Part shown: positions 18,819 through 30,153 of the stretch, one piece after another
Layout: each line of letters opens with the position of its first letter
Numbering within the stretch: the first letter of the stretch is position 1
Origin: Candidatus Blochmannia vicinus (nom. nud.)
GTDB lineage: Bacteria; Pseudomonadota; Gammaproteobacteria; Enterobacterales; Enterobacteriaceae
NCBI GenBank assembly: GCA_030020825.1
Contig: CP125213.1
Location: 24,379-88,378, forward strand
Direction: 5' to 3'
DNA length: 64,000 bases
Program-made: the position numbers and the translations under genes
The notes under the pieces: generated by a model
Seen by the model: the letters and a program-made list of their open reading frames with translations, nothing else
Told to the model about the DNA's origin: nothing
Database searches by the model: none

Positions 18819-19539
18819 AGCCTTTTTCCTCAAGCTTTTTGACTAAATCGATATTTCCAGATCTTATAATATGACCTTTGTGTAGTACATGAACATAATC
18901 TGGTTTAATGTATTCTAAAATTCTTTGGTAATGTGTGATTATGATAAATGAACGTTTTTTATTACTTAACATATTAAGACCGTTATAAACAATTTTTACT
19001 GCGTCTATATCTAAACCAGAATCTGTTTCATCAAGAATACATAGTAATGGTTCCAGCATTATCATTTGAAGGATATCATTGCGTTTTTTTTCACCTCCAG
19101 AAAAACCAACGTTTACTGATCTAGTTAAAAGATCAGAGGGCATTTTTAATAATTTCATATTTTTTTGAACAAGTTGGATAAAATCAAATCGATCAATAAG
19201 AGATTGATTCCGATATTTCCGTACGGCATTAACAGCACTGTGCAAAAATAATTGATTGCTAATTCCTGGAATATCTACTGGATGCTGAAATGCTACAAAA
19301 ATTCCTTCACCGGCACGTTCTTCTGGTTTTAGAAGTAATAAATTTTTATCTTTAAATAAAATTTCCCCATCAGTAACAACATAATCTTTTTGACCAGATA
19401 GTGTAGCAGATAATGTGCTTTTTCCGGATCCATTAGGTCCCATGATAATATGTATTTCACCTGGATTAATTTCTAGATTTAGTTTTTTCAAAATAGATAT
19501 ATCTTTTACACTGACATTCAAATTTTTTATTGATAACAT
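18802..19539 (-). CDS. sufC: Fe-S assembly ATPase SufC
   Basis: GPNGSGKS, FSGGEKKR, LDETDSGLDID. Confidence 0.97.
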   Translation of the reverse strand: MLSIKNLNVSVKDISILKKLNLEINPGEIHIIMGPNGSGKSTLSATLSGQKDYVVTDGEILFKDKNLLLLKPEERAGEGIFVAFQHPVDIPGISNQLFLHSAVNAVRKYRNQSLIDRFDFIQLVQKNMKLLKMPSDLLTRSVNVGFSGGEKKRNDILQMIMLEPLLCILDETDSGLDIDAVKIVYNGLNMLSNKKRSFIIITHYQRILEYIKPDYVHVLHKGHIIRSGNIDLVKKLEEKGYGWLS

Positions 19540-19592
19540 TATTATTTCTCCTTTTTGAATGACTATGTTTTACGATACTTAAAGTAAAAATT

Positions 19593-21092
19593 TTATCCAA
19601 TACTGTGTTCTAGAGTAATTTCCAGCAATTTTTGTGCTTCTATAGAAAATTCTAAAGGTAATTTAGAAAATATATCTTTACAAAATCCATTTACAATCAT
19701 GGAGATTGCATCATCTTCATTAATACCTCGTTGTCTACAATAAAATAGTTGATTATCGCTTATTCGTGAAGTTGTAGCTTCGTGTTCTAGTTGTGTACTA
19801 TTATTATTTGATTCTATGATTGGAAATGTATGAGAACCGCACTGTTTACCTATCAACATTGAATCGCATTGTGTAAAATTACGTGAATTTGAAGCAGTTT
19901 TTTCAATTTTTACTAATCCTCGATAAGTATTTTGACTATTTCCAAGCGCAATTCCTTTTGAAATGATGGTTGAGTGTGTATTTTTTCCAATATGAATCAT
20001 TTTTGTCCCGGTATCTGCTTGTTGTATGCCATTAGTAATAGCAACGGAAAAAAATTCTCCAATAGAATTATTTCCTTTTAGGATTACACTTGGATATTTC
20101 CAAGTAATGGCAGAACCAGACTCGGATTGAGTCCAAGACATTTTGGCATTTTCTCCAGCACATAGTGCTCGTTTAGTAACGAAGTTTAAAATCCCACCTT
20201 GAGAACGTTGATTACCAGAAAACCAATTTTGTACTGTTGAATATTTTACTTGGGCATCTTTTAGTACGATAACTTCTACAACTGCTGCGTGAAGTTGATA
20301 ATTATTGTGTATTGGAGCCGAACATCCTTCAATGTAGCTGACATAACTGCCTGTATCGGCAATTAAAATAGTGCGTTCAAATTGTCCAGTTTTTTTAGAA
20401 TTCATACGAAAATAAGTTGATAATTCCATAGGGCAGCGTACATTTTTAGGAATATATATGAACGTACCATCAGATACAACTGCAGCGTTGAGTGCAGCAA
20501 AAAAATTATCTTTAAAAGATACTACAGTTCCTAAGTATTGACGTACTAAATCTGGATAATCACGAATGGCGTCGTAAAATGAACAGAAAATAATGCCTTT
20601 TTTTAATAAAGTAGTACGGAATGTAGTAGATACAGAAACTGAGTCAAAGATAGCGTCAACTGCTACATTTCCTTTTTCTTGTGTTGGTATACCTAGTTTG
20701 TTAAAGGTATGCTTTACTTCTTTGGTTAAGTATTTTGATTTATTTAAAAGAGCATCTGCATTTTTTTTTGTTTTTTGATTTTTTTTATTTTCGATGCATG
20801 CTGGAGCGGAAAAATAACTATAAGAATTATAGTCAAGTTTTTGATAATGTCCTTTTAACCAATGTGGTTCTTTCATATTGGACCAGGCATGATAACCTGC
20901 AAGTCTAAATTCTAACATCCATTTTGGTTCTGATCTTTTTTCTGAAATAGCACATACTACATTTTCGTCAATACCTTTTTTGAGTTCTTCATTTTTTAAT
21001 TTAGTAAAAAACCCTTCTTTATAATACAAATTGTTATTTTTGGTTAAATTTTTATTAATATCGTCGTATATGTTAAAGTTATTGCGTATCAT
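19593..21092 (-). CDS. sufB: Fe-S assembly scaffold SufB
   Basis: DSVSV, GQFERT, YIEGCSAP, QADTGTKM, LEHEAT motifs. Confidence 0.97.
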   Translation of the reverse strand: MIRNNFNIYDDINKNLTKNNNLYYKEGFFTKLKNEELKKGIDENVVCAISEKRSEPKWMLEFRLAGYHAWSNMKEPHWLKGHYQKLDYNSYSYFSAPACIENKKNQKTKKNADALLNKSKYLTKEVKHTFNKLGIPTQEKGNVAVDAIFDSVSVSTTFRTTLLKKGIIFCSFYDAIRDYPDLVRQYLGTVVSFKDNFFAALNAAVVSDGTFIYIPKNVRCPMELSTYFRMNSKKTGQFERTILIADTGSYVSYIEGCSAPIHNNYQLHAAVVEVIVLKDAQVKYSTVQNWFSGNQRSQGGILNFVTKRALCAGENAKMSWTQSESGSAITWKYPSVILKGNNSIGEFFSVAITNGIQQADTGTKMIHIGKNTHSTIISKGIALGNSQNTYRGLVKIEKTASNSRNFTQCDSMLIGKQCGSHTFPIIESNNNSTQLEHEATTSRISDNQLFYCRQRGINEDDAISMIVNGFCKDIFSKLPLEFSIEAQKLLEITLEHSIG

Positions 21093-21106
21093 AATAATAC
21101 CTGTTT

Positions 21107-21487
21107 TTAAATTCCAAAACTTTCACCGCATCCACAAGAAAATTGAGCTTTAGGATTATTAAATTTAAACATATGATTTAATCCTTCTTCTACATAATCT
21201 AATTCAGTTCCATCAATAAATGGCATTATATCTAATGGTATAAATAATTTAGCTCCATTACGTTCAAATATTAGGTTATTGTCATTTAACGATACAACTT
21301 TAGACATAATATATGTAAATCCCGCGCACCCTGATTTTTTTATGGTTACTTTTAATCCTAAAATGTCAGGATCTTTATTTTTTACATAAAGAATTTGTTT
21401 CACTGCTGCATCAGTTAAGGTTAGACCACTCCAAGAAACGTGGTTTTTAAGCATATAATGTGTATTTTGTTTGATATTATTTTTCAT
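21107..21487 (-). CDS. sufA: A-type Fe-S carrier SufA
   Basis: SGCAG and CGCGESF motifs; first gene of the suf operon. Confidence 0.95.
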   Translation of the reverse strand: MKNNIKQNTHYMLKNHVSWSGLTLTDAAVKQILYVKNKDPDILGLKVTIKKSGCAGFTYIMSKVVSLNDNNLIFERNGAKLFIPLDIMPFIDGTELDYVEEGLNHMFKFNNPKAQFSCGCGESFGI

Positions 21488-21882
21488 TATAAATTACCTT
21501 TTAAACTTATTGTGTAATATTTTTATTGTTTTTAATGTATTAGATATTTATAATCGTAAAATATTCTCATGTATTATATGGTTTATTTACATACTGTATT
21601 ATGTCAACATATAACACAATTTTTATAAAGAGCATAGATTTAATTTGTTTAATCAGTGTTTTTAAATTAATTTTTATACTTTCAAATAGTAAATCTAATT
21701 TATTTAGAAGCTATATTATATACATACTGTGATGTATATATGATCTCTTTTGTAAGGTCAATGGAAGTATATTGTGTATAATTTCATTATATTCAGTAAG
21801 TATAAATATATATATGTAATTATATTAAAATTAATAAATATATCAGTTAGTGATGAAGATCAATAATAAAACTAATAACAAA

Positions 21883-22899
21883 TTATGATATATTCTTAAT
21901 TAACCAATCAGAAGCTTCTAATAATTCTTTTTTATGTTGAGGCCAGTTTTTTATCCATTGTTTGCAGCAATATGAAACACTTTTAGAATTGTATGCTATA
22001 CCTATTAATTTTTTTTCTAACATTTCTAAAGGGTCTGGGTCTAAACAATCGGTAAAAATGTGGCAGCAATCAATTATTCCGCGTTTTATATTAAGATGCA
22101 ATGTTATACTACCCCAATCAAAATGGGTGTCTAGTTGATGTGTAAATATAGGAGTATTGCCAAAATTCCAGTTCCAGTCACGTTGTTTATTGAATTGATC
22201 AGAAAATCCTGGCATATGATAAAAATTATCTATAGAGAATATTTCTGGTTTTACTCTCATTTTGTAATAATCGAAGAATGCTTCTGTTAATCCTTGACAT
22301 ACTTCTTCATGATTAATATCAGGTTTTAATTTATTTAAATTAGCAACACGAGATTGAATAGAGGTAATTCCTTTAGTCTCCAATTTTTTAAGATCTGGAT
22401 TAAGATAATAAGTAAGCTTAGTAATATCAACATGTAGGAGTAATGTCCCGTGATGAAATTGACATCCAGGTGTTTTACGATATGCAGAGCCACTAATTTT
22501 ACGTTCTCCTTCTGTTGTATTGATGACAATATCATTTCTTCCAGAGAAGATAGCTTTAATTCCAATACGATTTAATCCATCTAAAACTATATTAGTGGAT
22601 AGGTTTTTGTTATAATTCTTTTGAGTAGATATAAAAGTAAAACAAGTATTACCTAAGTCATGAAACACAGCGCCACCCCCACTGCTTCTTCTCGCTAATT
22701 TAATGCCATCTCGTTCCATACGGCGAGTGTTACATTCTTTCCATGCATTTTGAGCGCGTCCTATTACCACTGTGTTTTGATTTCTCCATAAAAATAGTAT
22801 AGACTGTTTTTTAGGTATATTTTTAAACATATATTCTTCAAGTGATAAATTAAACCATGGATCATAAGAGTTAGATAATAATAATCTTAAATAACACAT
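21883..22899 (-). CDS. lplA: Lipoate-protein ligase A
   Basis: DPWFNL, RRSSGGGAVFHDLGN, RKISGSA, HHGTLL. Confidence 0.97.
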   Translation of the reverse strand: MCYLRLLLSNSYDPWFNLSLEEYMFKNIPKKQSILFLWRNQNTVVIGRAQNAWKECNTRRMERDGIKLARRSSGGGAVFHDLGNTCFTFISTQKNYNKNLSTNIVLDGLNRIGIKAIFSGRNDIVINTTEGERKISGSAYRKTPGCQFHHGTLLLHVDITKLTYYLNPDLKKLETKGITSIQSRVANLNKLKPDINHEEVCQGLTEAFFDYYKMRVKPEIFSIDNFYHMPGFSDQFNKQRDWNWNFGNTPIFTHQLDTHFDWGSITLHLNIKRGIIDCCHIFTDCLDPDPLEMLEKKLIGIAYNSKSVSYCCKQWIKNWPQHKKELLEASDWLIKNIS

Positions 22900-23253
22900 A
22901 AATCTTCCTCTATCAGGATTGAATATTTAATATATGAACTTTTGTATATTTATACATATATATAAACAGAGTACTATATTATTTTAATAATAATAACTTT
23001 TTTAAATTATTTTTATCGAATCATTAGTATTGTAAATAACTTTTATATATTTTTTAATTTTTTTTATAAATTCAAAATGCTTATTTAAATGATTCATATG
23101 AAACTTTTTTGTTAAAAACTGTGTAACTAAACAATCAAAATACTTGTGCTTATTTTTATAAAATTTATTTAAAATAATTTTTTAATCTATTTTATTTATT
23201 TACTGCTCTGTTAGCAATATTTTAATAAGATTTATATAGGACAATATTTGCTC

Positions 23254-25644
23254 TTATCTTAAGGTGCCATGAAAACGTTTTATTAAAATTATTGAGTATT
23301 TATTAACAATATCAGAAATTTCTTCTTCTTTTAAAGTATGAGTTTTACTTTGTAAAAATAATTTAATAGTAAAACTTTTAAAACCTTTTGGTATACCTTG
23401 GCCTTTATAGACATCAGATAACTTAATTTCAACTAAGTGGTTTTTATGGGTAATTTTTCTACATTCGGTAATAACAGATTCTGCAGAAATATTTTCCGGT
23501 ACTATTATAGAAATATCTCGGTAATTTTTCGGAAATTTAGAAATGGTAGTAATTTTAGATAATGTGGATTTAGAAATCATATTCCATGACAGTTCAAATA
23601 CTAGTGTGTGTAATCGTAAATTTAGTTTCGTTTGTATAGCAGGATGAACCATGCCAATATATCCAATACATATATTGTTTAAATAAATTGCTGCGCTTTG
23701 TCCAGAATGTAGTGCGGGATGCATGAATTTTTTAAATTTTACATAATTTAATTTATTGGTTATGTTTAGTAGTGATTCTACGTCTCCTTTTATATCGTAA
23801 AAATCTACCGGATGTTCTGTTAAATCCCAATGTTCATTAAATCTAAAACCAGATCGTATTCCAGCTATCATAAAATTTTGATGCACTTTGTTTTCAGCAG
23901 TTTTTTCTGGAATAAAACACATACCGCTTTCAAATAATTTAATTTGTTTTTGTTGTCTATTTTGATTATAAATCATTGATTTGATTAATCCGGGCCATAA
24001 AGATAGTCTCATGGTAGACATGTCTGATGTGATTGGATTTTTTAAAATTAATGGAGTTTGTTGTGGGTGTAATAATTTTTGAATGTTAGCATTTACAAAA
24101 CTATATGTTATTATTTCTTGATAACCACGATCTATTAATAGGTTTTTTACCCTTGATAATGATACAGTTGATGTGTAGTTATGATTTGTTATTAATTTTG
24201 TAGGAATGAAAACATGAGGGATGTTGTTGTATCCATTAATACGTATTATTTCTGCTATTAAGTTTTCTTCTATAGAAATATCAAAACGCCAAGTGGGCGT
24301 TAGTACCTTCCAGTTATTATTTAAAAATTCAGTTTTAAAACCAAGTCGTGTTAAAATATGTGTGATTTCCTTATCCAGAATACTAAATCCAAGAATTTTT
24401 TTTAATTTAGTACGATTTAATATAATATTGCTTGGTTTCGGTAATATATCATTATTTATCATGCTTATTATTGGACCGGGATAACCACCACAGATTTTTA
24501 ATAATAATGATGTAACGCGATCTAAAGCTAATTTAGATATGCTTGGATCAACTCCTCTTGCATAACGAAAAGAAAAAAGATCATGCATATGATACAGTTT
24601 CGATTGACTCGCGATAGTAGATGGTTTAAAAAAAGCAGATTGTAACATGATGTGACAAGTGTTGGAGCAAATGCAGTATTGATTAGGAATAGTTATTCCG
24701 GCTATTGATAATGGTTTTTTAAAATCAGAGATCACTATTGTATTGGGAAATAATTTTAAATTATTGTTATTAGAGAGTTTTAATGTTTCTCCGATTTGTG
24801 AAAATCGTATGCGTATTATATTACCTTCAATTTTTTCATAATCGATAATATAAACTGGATGCCCCAGTTCTAGTAATACATAATTGGCAATATCAATCAC
24901 TACATTTACTGAACAGATTCCGCAACGACGTAGTTTTTCTGCTATCCATAAGGGCGTAGGAATAGCGATATGAATGTTTTTTAAAATTCTTCCTAAAAAT
25001 TGTGGACATGCATCAGGAACTTCAATAGCAATTGGAATAGTTTCATGGATTGTTGGTGTAATTGAATTAATTTTTATTTTTTTTAATTTTAGATGATTGA
25101 TGGCTGCTATTTCTCTAGAAATTCCGATTATATTAAGACAATCTCCTCTATTAGGAGTAATATTTATTTCAAAGATATTATCATTAAGGTGTAAATAATC
25201 ATAAAAGTCTTGCCCAATAGGTGCATCCATAGGTAATTCTATTATACCTGCTGTGTGATGAATTATTCCTAATTCTGAAAAGGTACATAGCATGCCCTCT
25301 GATTGTTGTCCTTGTATAATAGTTAGTTTAACTTTATGTCCATTTGGTAATATTGATCCCATATTAGCAACAACTGTTCGGATATTTTTACGACAATTAG
25401 CAGCATCACAAACAATATTCAATAATTTATTACTACCGTTATTTACTTTTGTTACCCATACATTATTGAAGTTTGGATGTATTTTACATTCTACAATTTC
25501 ACCAATAACTACTCCATGAAAAATATTAGAAACAGGTTTTACTTCATTAACTTTAAATCCAGCCATAGTTAATTGATTAACTAATTCGATACTACTAATA
25601 GATGGGTTCGTCCATTCTCGTATCCACATTTCACTAAATTTCAT
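23254..25644 (-). CDS. pheT: Phenylalanyl-tRNA synthetase beta subunit
   Basis: [33 protein letters not shown] and [10 protein letters not shown]. Confidence 0.97.
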   Translation of the reverse strand: MKFSEMWIREWTNPSISSIELVNQLTMAGFKVNEVKPVSNIFHGVVIGEIVECKIHPNFNNVWVTKVNNGSNKLLNIVCDAANCRKNIRTVVANMGSILPNGHKVKLTIIQGQQSEGMLCTFSELGIIHHTAGIIELPMDAPIGQDFYDYLHLNDNIFEINITPNRGDCLNIIGISREIAAINHLKLKKIKINSITPTIHETIPIAIEVPDACPQFLGRILKNIHIAIPTPLWIAEKLRRCGICSVNVVIDIANYVLLELGHPVYIIDYEKIEGNIIRIRFSQIGETLKLSNNNNLKLFPNTIVISDFKKPLSIAGITIPNQYCICSNTCHIMLQSAFFKPSTIASQSKLYHMHDLFSFRYARGVDPSISKLALDRVTSLLLKICGGYPGPIISMINNDILPKPSNIILNRTKLKKILGFSILDKEITHILTRLGFKTEFLNNNWKVLTPTWRFDISIEENLIAEIIRINGYNNIPHVFIPTKLITNHNYTSTVSLSRVKNLLIDRGYQEIITYSFVNANIQKLLHPQQTPLILKNPITSDMSTMRLSLWPGLIKSMIYNQNRQQKQIKLFESGMCFIPEKTAENKVHQNFMIAGIRSGFRFNEHWDLTEHPVDFYDIKGDVESLLNITNKLNYVKFKKFMHPALHSGQSAAIYLNNICIGYIGMVHPAIQTKLNLRLHTLVFELSWNMISKSTLSKITTISKFPKNYRDISIIVPENISAESVITECRKITHKNHLVEIKLSDVYKGQGIPKGFKSFTIKLFLQSKTHTLKEEEISDIVNKYSIILIKRFHGTLR

Positions 25645-25659
25645 TCTAACATCTCTACA

Positions 25660-26652
25660 TTATTGAAATTGATTAAGAAATTGTAAATCATTTTTAAAAA
25701 AAATACGCATGTCGTTGATGTTGTAAAATAACATTGTTAGTCGTTCTATTCCTATTCCGAAAGCGAATCCTGAAAACTTTTTTGTATTAATATTTGCTTG
25801 GTTTAAAATTTTAGGATGTATCATACCACATCCTAATAGTTCTAACCAATTTCCTGTCTTTTGGTCTATTACATCTATTTCTGCAGATGGTTCTGTAAAT
25901 GGAAAATAAGATGGTCTGAAACGTAAAGCAATTTTTTTTCCGAAGAAATTATATAAAAAGTCATATAATATTTTTTTTAGGTGACATAAATTAATGTTAT
26001 AATCTACCATTAAACCTTCCATTTGATGAAACATAGGTGTGTGTTTTTGATCATAATCTTTACGATATACTCGTCCAAAAGAGATAATTCGAATAGGAGG
26101 ATTTGTATTAGCCATGGCACGTATTTGAATACCAGAAGTATGTGTTCGAAGTAATCTTTTTTCATCAAACCAAAAGGTGTCGTGTTCGTCTCTGGAAGGG
26201 TGGTATATGGGGATATTTAGTGCATCAAAATTGAAATAATCATCGTCAATTTCTGGTCCGTGTGTTATGGAAAATCCTAAAGTGTTGAAAAAAAGCTTCA
26301 TACGTTTTATGGTACTTGTTATTGGATGATGTGTGCCTATATCTGATAGGCGTCCTGGTAAAGTGACATCTAGCGTATTAGTAGTTAAGGTTTTTTTTAT
26401 ATTTTTTGATTTTAAAATATTTTTTCGTTCAATGAACAATGTGTATATATCTTTTTTTGCTTGATTAATAGCTGTACCTAATTTAGGTCGTATATCTAAT
26501 GAATAATTGTTAAGAGTTTTAATTTGTTGATTTAAGTATCCTTTTTTACCTAAAAATTTAACACGTATCGATTCTAAAGTATCTATGCTATTAGATTGTA
26601 TTATAGCTGATTGTGCTTGCATAACTAGTTTATGTATAAGATCTAATGACAT
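25660..26652 (-). CDS. pheS: Phenylalanyl-tRNA synthetase alpha subunit
   Basis: [40 protein letters not shown]. Confidence 0.98.
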   Translation of the reverse strand: MSLDLIHKLVMQAQSAIIQSNSIDTLESIRVKFLGKKGYLNQQIKTLNNYSLDIRPKLGTAINQAKKDIYTLFIERKNILKSKNIKKTLTTNTLDVTLPGRLSDIGTHHPITSTIKRMKLFFNTLGFSITHGPEIDDDYFNFDALNIPIYHPSRDEHDTFWFDEKRLLRTHTSGIQIRAMANTNPPIRIISFGRVYRKDYDQKHTPMFHQMEGLMVDYNINLCHLKKILYDFLYNFFGKKIALRFRPSYFPFTEPSAEIDVIDQKTGNWLELLGCGMIHPKILNQANINTKKFSGFAFGIGIERLTMLFYNINDMRIFFKNDLQFLNQFQ

Positions 26653-26891
26653 ATGTAAATCCTTGTGCTATTATTAATTATATATAGCATTATTTACAAT
26701 TAAATTTAATTAATATTATATAATGCATGATTGTGTATAAATCTAATTTTTTAGGAAATTATATTTGTATATAATCATTTATTAGTGATTTTTTTATTTG
26801 GATTGTTCAAAAAAAATTACTATTGAATGGAAATTTAAAAAATTTAATGTTTAATTAAAATTGTATTTATACTGTAATGGAATACAGATGA

Positions 26892-27245
26892 TTATAAATT
26901 AATTTTTGCTTTGTCGACTAAAACAGAAAACGTTTCTTTATCGTAAACAGCTATTTCAGCAAGCATTTTTCTGTTGATGTAAACATCAGATTTGTGTAAT
27001 CCATTTATTAAATAATTATAAGAAATACCACATATTCGTGACGCAGCGTTGATACGATTAATCCATAATCTACGAAATAAACGTTTCTTCCGACGACGAT
27101 CCCGATAAGAATATTGTCCAGATTTTATTACTGATTGATAGGCAACACGATACGTACGAGACCTAGCGCCATAGTAACCTGCTGCTTGTTTTAATATTTT
27201 TTTATGGCGAGCACGTGCCACTACACTATTTTTGACGCGCGTCAT
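26892..27245 (-). CDS. rplT: 50S ribosomal protein L20
   Basis: MTRVK...[19 protein letters not shown]...LWINRINAA. Confidence 0.98.
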   Translation of the reverse strand: MTRVKNSVVARARHKKILKQAAGYYGARSRTYRVAYQSVIKSGQYSYRDRRRKKRLFRRLWINRINAASRICGISYNYLINGLHKSDVYINRKMLAEIAVYDKETFSVLVDKAKINL

Positions 27246-27324
27246 ATGTATTATTCTCCTAATAATGCAAAGGATGTGGCATGATATTTAAAACAATCTC
27301 TATAATAAGTCAAATTAGATTGTT

Positions 27325-27522
27325 CTATATATATGGCAAGCATCTCATAATTGTAGTTAAATAAATTTTAGGAAGTATAGATTTTTGACGTAAATGACGT
27401 TTATGTTTGGTAGATTTTTTAGTTAAAATATGTCGCATATGAGCATGTTTATATTTATATTTTCCTAAAGCTGTTATTTTAAATCGTTTACTAGCTGCTT
27501 GAAGTGTTTTAATTTTAGGCAT
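27325..27522 (-). CDS. rpmI: 50S ribosomal protein L35
   Basis: MPKIKT..AASKRFK...RHILTKK...RCLPY. Confidence 0.97.
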   Translation of the reverse strand: MPKIKTLQAASKRFKITALGKYKYKHAHMRHILTKKSTKHKRHLRQKSILPKIYLTTIMRCLPYI

Positions 27523-27616
27523 AAATCAGTCCCGATAATCTCTTTTAAATTGTATGTTTTAACACTAATATGTAAATAATATGATTATTATTTAATCTTT
27601 GGATTTTCGTGGCTTA

Positions 27617-28159
27617 TTATTTCTTTTTTGGATTTAAAATCATAGTCATTTGACGCCCTTCAATTTTATTTGATAAAAATTCTACTGTTGTTAATTCATT
27701 TAATTCATTACGTATACGGTGTAACATTTTTGTACCAAGTTGATGGTGAATTAATTCACCGCCTCTAAAGCGTAACGTTATCTTTACTTTGTCTCCTTCA
27801 TTTAGAAATTTAATTAAACTGCGTAATTTAATTTGATAATCTCCTTCATCGGTAGCTGGTCTGAATTTTATTTCTTTAACATGAATCACCTTTTGTTTTT
27901 TCTTTTGTTCTTTTGTAGATTTATTTTTTTCATACAGAAATTTACCGTAGTTCATAATTCTACATACAGGTGGATCAGAATTAGGACTGACTTCAACTAA
28001 ATCAAGACCAATATCTTCAGATTGCTTCAGTGCTTCATGTAAACTAACTACACCAATTTGCTTTCCGTCTACTCCAGTTAAACGAACCTTGTGAGCATTA
28101 ATTTCTCTATTGATACGATTCAAGCGTATTGATTGTATTTTTTTTCCTGATTTAATAAT
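27617..28159 (-). CDS. infC: Translation initiation factor IF-3, ATT start
   Basis: Frame extends upstream of the ORF-track TTG as ATT ATT AAA TCA GGA AAA AAA ATA CAA (cf. E. coli MKGGKRVQ). The first ATT is 3 nt after the thrS stop and 8 nt after [17 protein letters not shown] and KEIKFRP motifs. Confidence 0.95.
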   Translation of the reverse strand: MIKSGKKIQSIRLNRINREINAHKVRLTGVDGKQIGVVSLHEALKQSEDIGLDLVEVSPNSDPPVCRIMNYGKFLYEKNKSTKEQKKKQKVIHVKEIKFRPATDEGDYQIKLRSLIKFLNEGDKVKITLRFRGGELIHHQLGTKMLHRIRNELNELTTVEFLSNKIEGRQMTMILNPKKK

Positions 28160-28162
28160 ATG

Positions 28163-30094
28163 TTATTCCTCCATTTGATGAAAACTGTAATTGTTAATTT
28201 CACATAGTAATTTTTTTATAAATACATCAATATTATAGTTAATTAATTTTTTACCACGATAAGTACGTATGGCTACTGTATTTTGATTCATTTCTTTATT
28301 ACCACAAATCAGCATATAAGGTACACGTTGTAAAGTGTGATAGCGAATTTTAAATCCTATTTTTTCATTTCTCAAGTCTACTTTTGTTCTTATTTGTTTA
28401 TTTATTAGTTTTTTTTCTATAATAGAAATATACTCAGATTGTTGACTAGTGATATTCATCAGGACAACTTGTGTTGGGGCTAGCCATGTTGGAAATAATC
28501 CTGCATATTCTTCTGTAATTAAACCAACAAATCGCTCCATGGAACCAAGGATTGCTCTATGAATCATTACGGGAGCTACACGATTATTGTTATGATCAAT
28601 ATAACGCGCATTTAGTAAATTTGGCAAAGAAAAATCCAGTTGTATTGTACCACACTGCCAAGTTCTATCAAAAGAATCTAGTAAAATAAATTCTATTTTA
28701 GGACCATAAAATGCACCATCATTAGGTTGATATTGAAATGAGATATTATTATGCTGAAGTGCAGTAGATAGATATTGTTCTGCTGTATCCCATATTGCAT
28801 CTGTTCCAATCCGTTTTTTTGGACGAGTAGATAGTTTTACTAAAATTGTTTTAAATCCAAATATATGGTATACATCATACATCATTTTAATACAATGGTT
28901 TAATTCATCGAATATTTGTGTTTTTGTGCAAAAAATATGGCCATCATCTTGGGTAAATTCTCGTGTTCTTAATAATCCATGTAAAGATCCAGATGGTTCA
29001 TTTCTGTGACAATTTCCAAATTCAGCTACACGATAAGGTAAATCTTTATAAGATCTAATATCTTGGTTAAAAATTTGAATATGTCCTGGACAATTCATTG
29101 GTTTAACGCAATACTCATGATTTTCTGAAGAAGTAGTAAATATGTGTTCATGATAATTATCCCAATGACCTGTTTTTTTCCATAACGCATGATCAATCAT
29201 AATAGGGCTTTTAACTTCTTGGTATTTATATATTTTAAGTTGTGTTCGTATAATTTTTTTTAATTCTTGTAACAAAATCCATCCATTTTCATGCCAAAAT
29301 ACCATGCCGGAAGCTTCTTTTTGTATGTGATATAAGTGTAGTTGTTTAGCAAGGTTTCGGTGATCATGTTTTTTATTATTTTGTAATGTATTATGTTTTA
29401 ACATTTTTAATTGTTGTTTGTTGGCCCAAGTAAAACCATAAATACGTTGTAATTTTTTATTTTTACTACTTCCTCGCCAATAAGATGTAGAAATCTTGTA
29501 TAATTTAAAATTTCGACAAAAACTAATATTAGGTACATGTGGTCCAAGACACATATCTATATATTCTTCATGATAATATAATCTAATATGTTCAGTTGGA
29601 TTAATATTATCATTGAGTATGGATACTTTGTATTTTTCTTCAATGGATAAGAAAATTTCTTTGGCTTGGGTCCAATTAACGCTTTTTTTTATAATATTGT
29701 AATTTTTATTAGCAAGAAGAATCATGTGTTTTTCTAGAATTATCAGGTCGTTATTAGTAAGGTGATAATCAAGATCTATATCGTAATAAAATCTTGTATT
29801 TATTACTGAAGCAATCACCATTTTGGTTACAGGCCATAGTTGTTTTATGGCACGTCCTAATAAATGTGCGCAAGAATGGCAAATTATATTCAATCCTGTA
29901 TTGTCTTCTGAGCTGATAAATTCTAATGTTGAATCGTGATATATTAAATCTGTAATGTCAATAACTTTACCATTTACTCGTGCAGCTATGAAATTTTTAG
30001 ACAATGTTGAATCTGTATCTTTAGCAATTTGCAAAGGAGATACCGGATGATTATATTGATATTTATTTCCGTTATTTAGAATGATTACAAGCAT
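28163..30094 (-). CDS. thrS: Threonyl-tRNA synthetase
   Basis: [40 protein letters not shown] motifs. Confidence 0.98.
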   Translation of the reverse strand: MLVIILNNGNKYQYNHPVSPLQIAKDTDSTLSKNFIAARVNGKVIDITDLIYHDSTLEFISSEDNTGLNIICHSCAHLLGRAIKQLWPVTKMVIASVINTRFYYDIDLDYHLTNNDLIILEKHMILLANKNYNIIKKSVNWTQAKEIFLSIEEKYKVSILNDNINPTEHIRLYYHEEYIDMCLGPHVPNISFCRNFKLYKISTSYWRGSSKNKKLQRIYGFTWANKQQLKMLKHNTLQNNKKHDHRNLAKQLHLYHIQKEASGMVFWHENGWILLQELKKIIRTQLKIYKYQEVKSPIMIDHALWKKTGHWDNYHEHIFTTSSENHEYCVKPMNCPGHIQIFNQDIRSYKDLPYRVAEFGNCHRNEPSGSLHGLLRTREFTQDDGHIFCTKTQIFDELNHCIKMMYDVYHIFGFKTILVKLSTRPKKRIGTDAIWDTAEQYLSTALQHNNISFQYQPNDGAFYGPKIEFILLDSFDRTWQCGTIQLDFSLPNLLNARYIDHNNNRVAPVMIHRAILGSMERFVGLITEEYAGLFPTWLAPTQVVLMNITSQQSEYISIIEKKLINKQIRTKVDLRNEKIGFKIRYHTLQRVPYMLICGNKEMNQNTVAIRTYRGKKLINYNIDVFIKKLLCEINNYSFHQMEE

Positions 30095-30113
30095 TGATGA
30101 TTCCCTTATATTA

Positions 30114-30153
30114 TTAATATCTTATACGTGTTTGTTATCGTATAAGATATTAA
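30114..30153 (-). promoter_or_regulatory. 15-bp hairpin in the thrS leader, just upstream of the Shine-Dalgarno
   Basis: ttaatatcttatacg-N10-cgtataagatattaa at -20 to -59 from the thrS ATG. A regulatory role is inferred from position only. Confidence 0.45.

Noticed and set aside
29500-29890. Loss of ThrRS editing, by analogy with PheT
   Set aside because: The editing residues (HSCAH, YK, DMCLGPH) are present.
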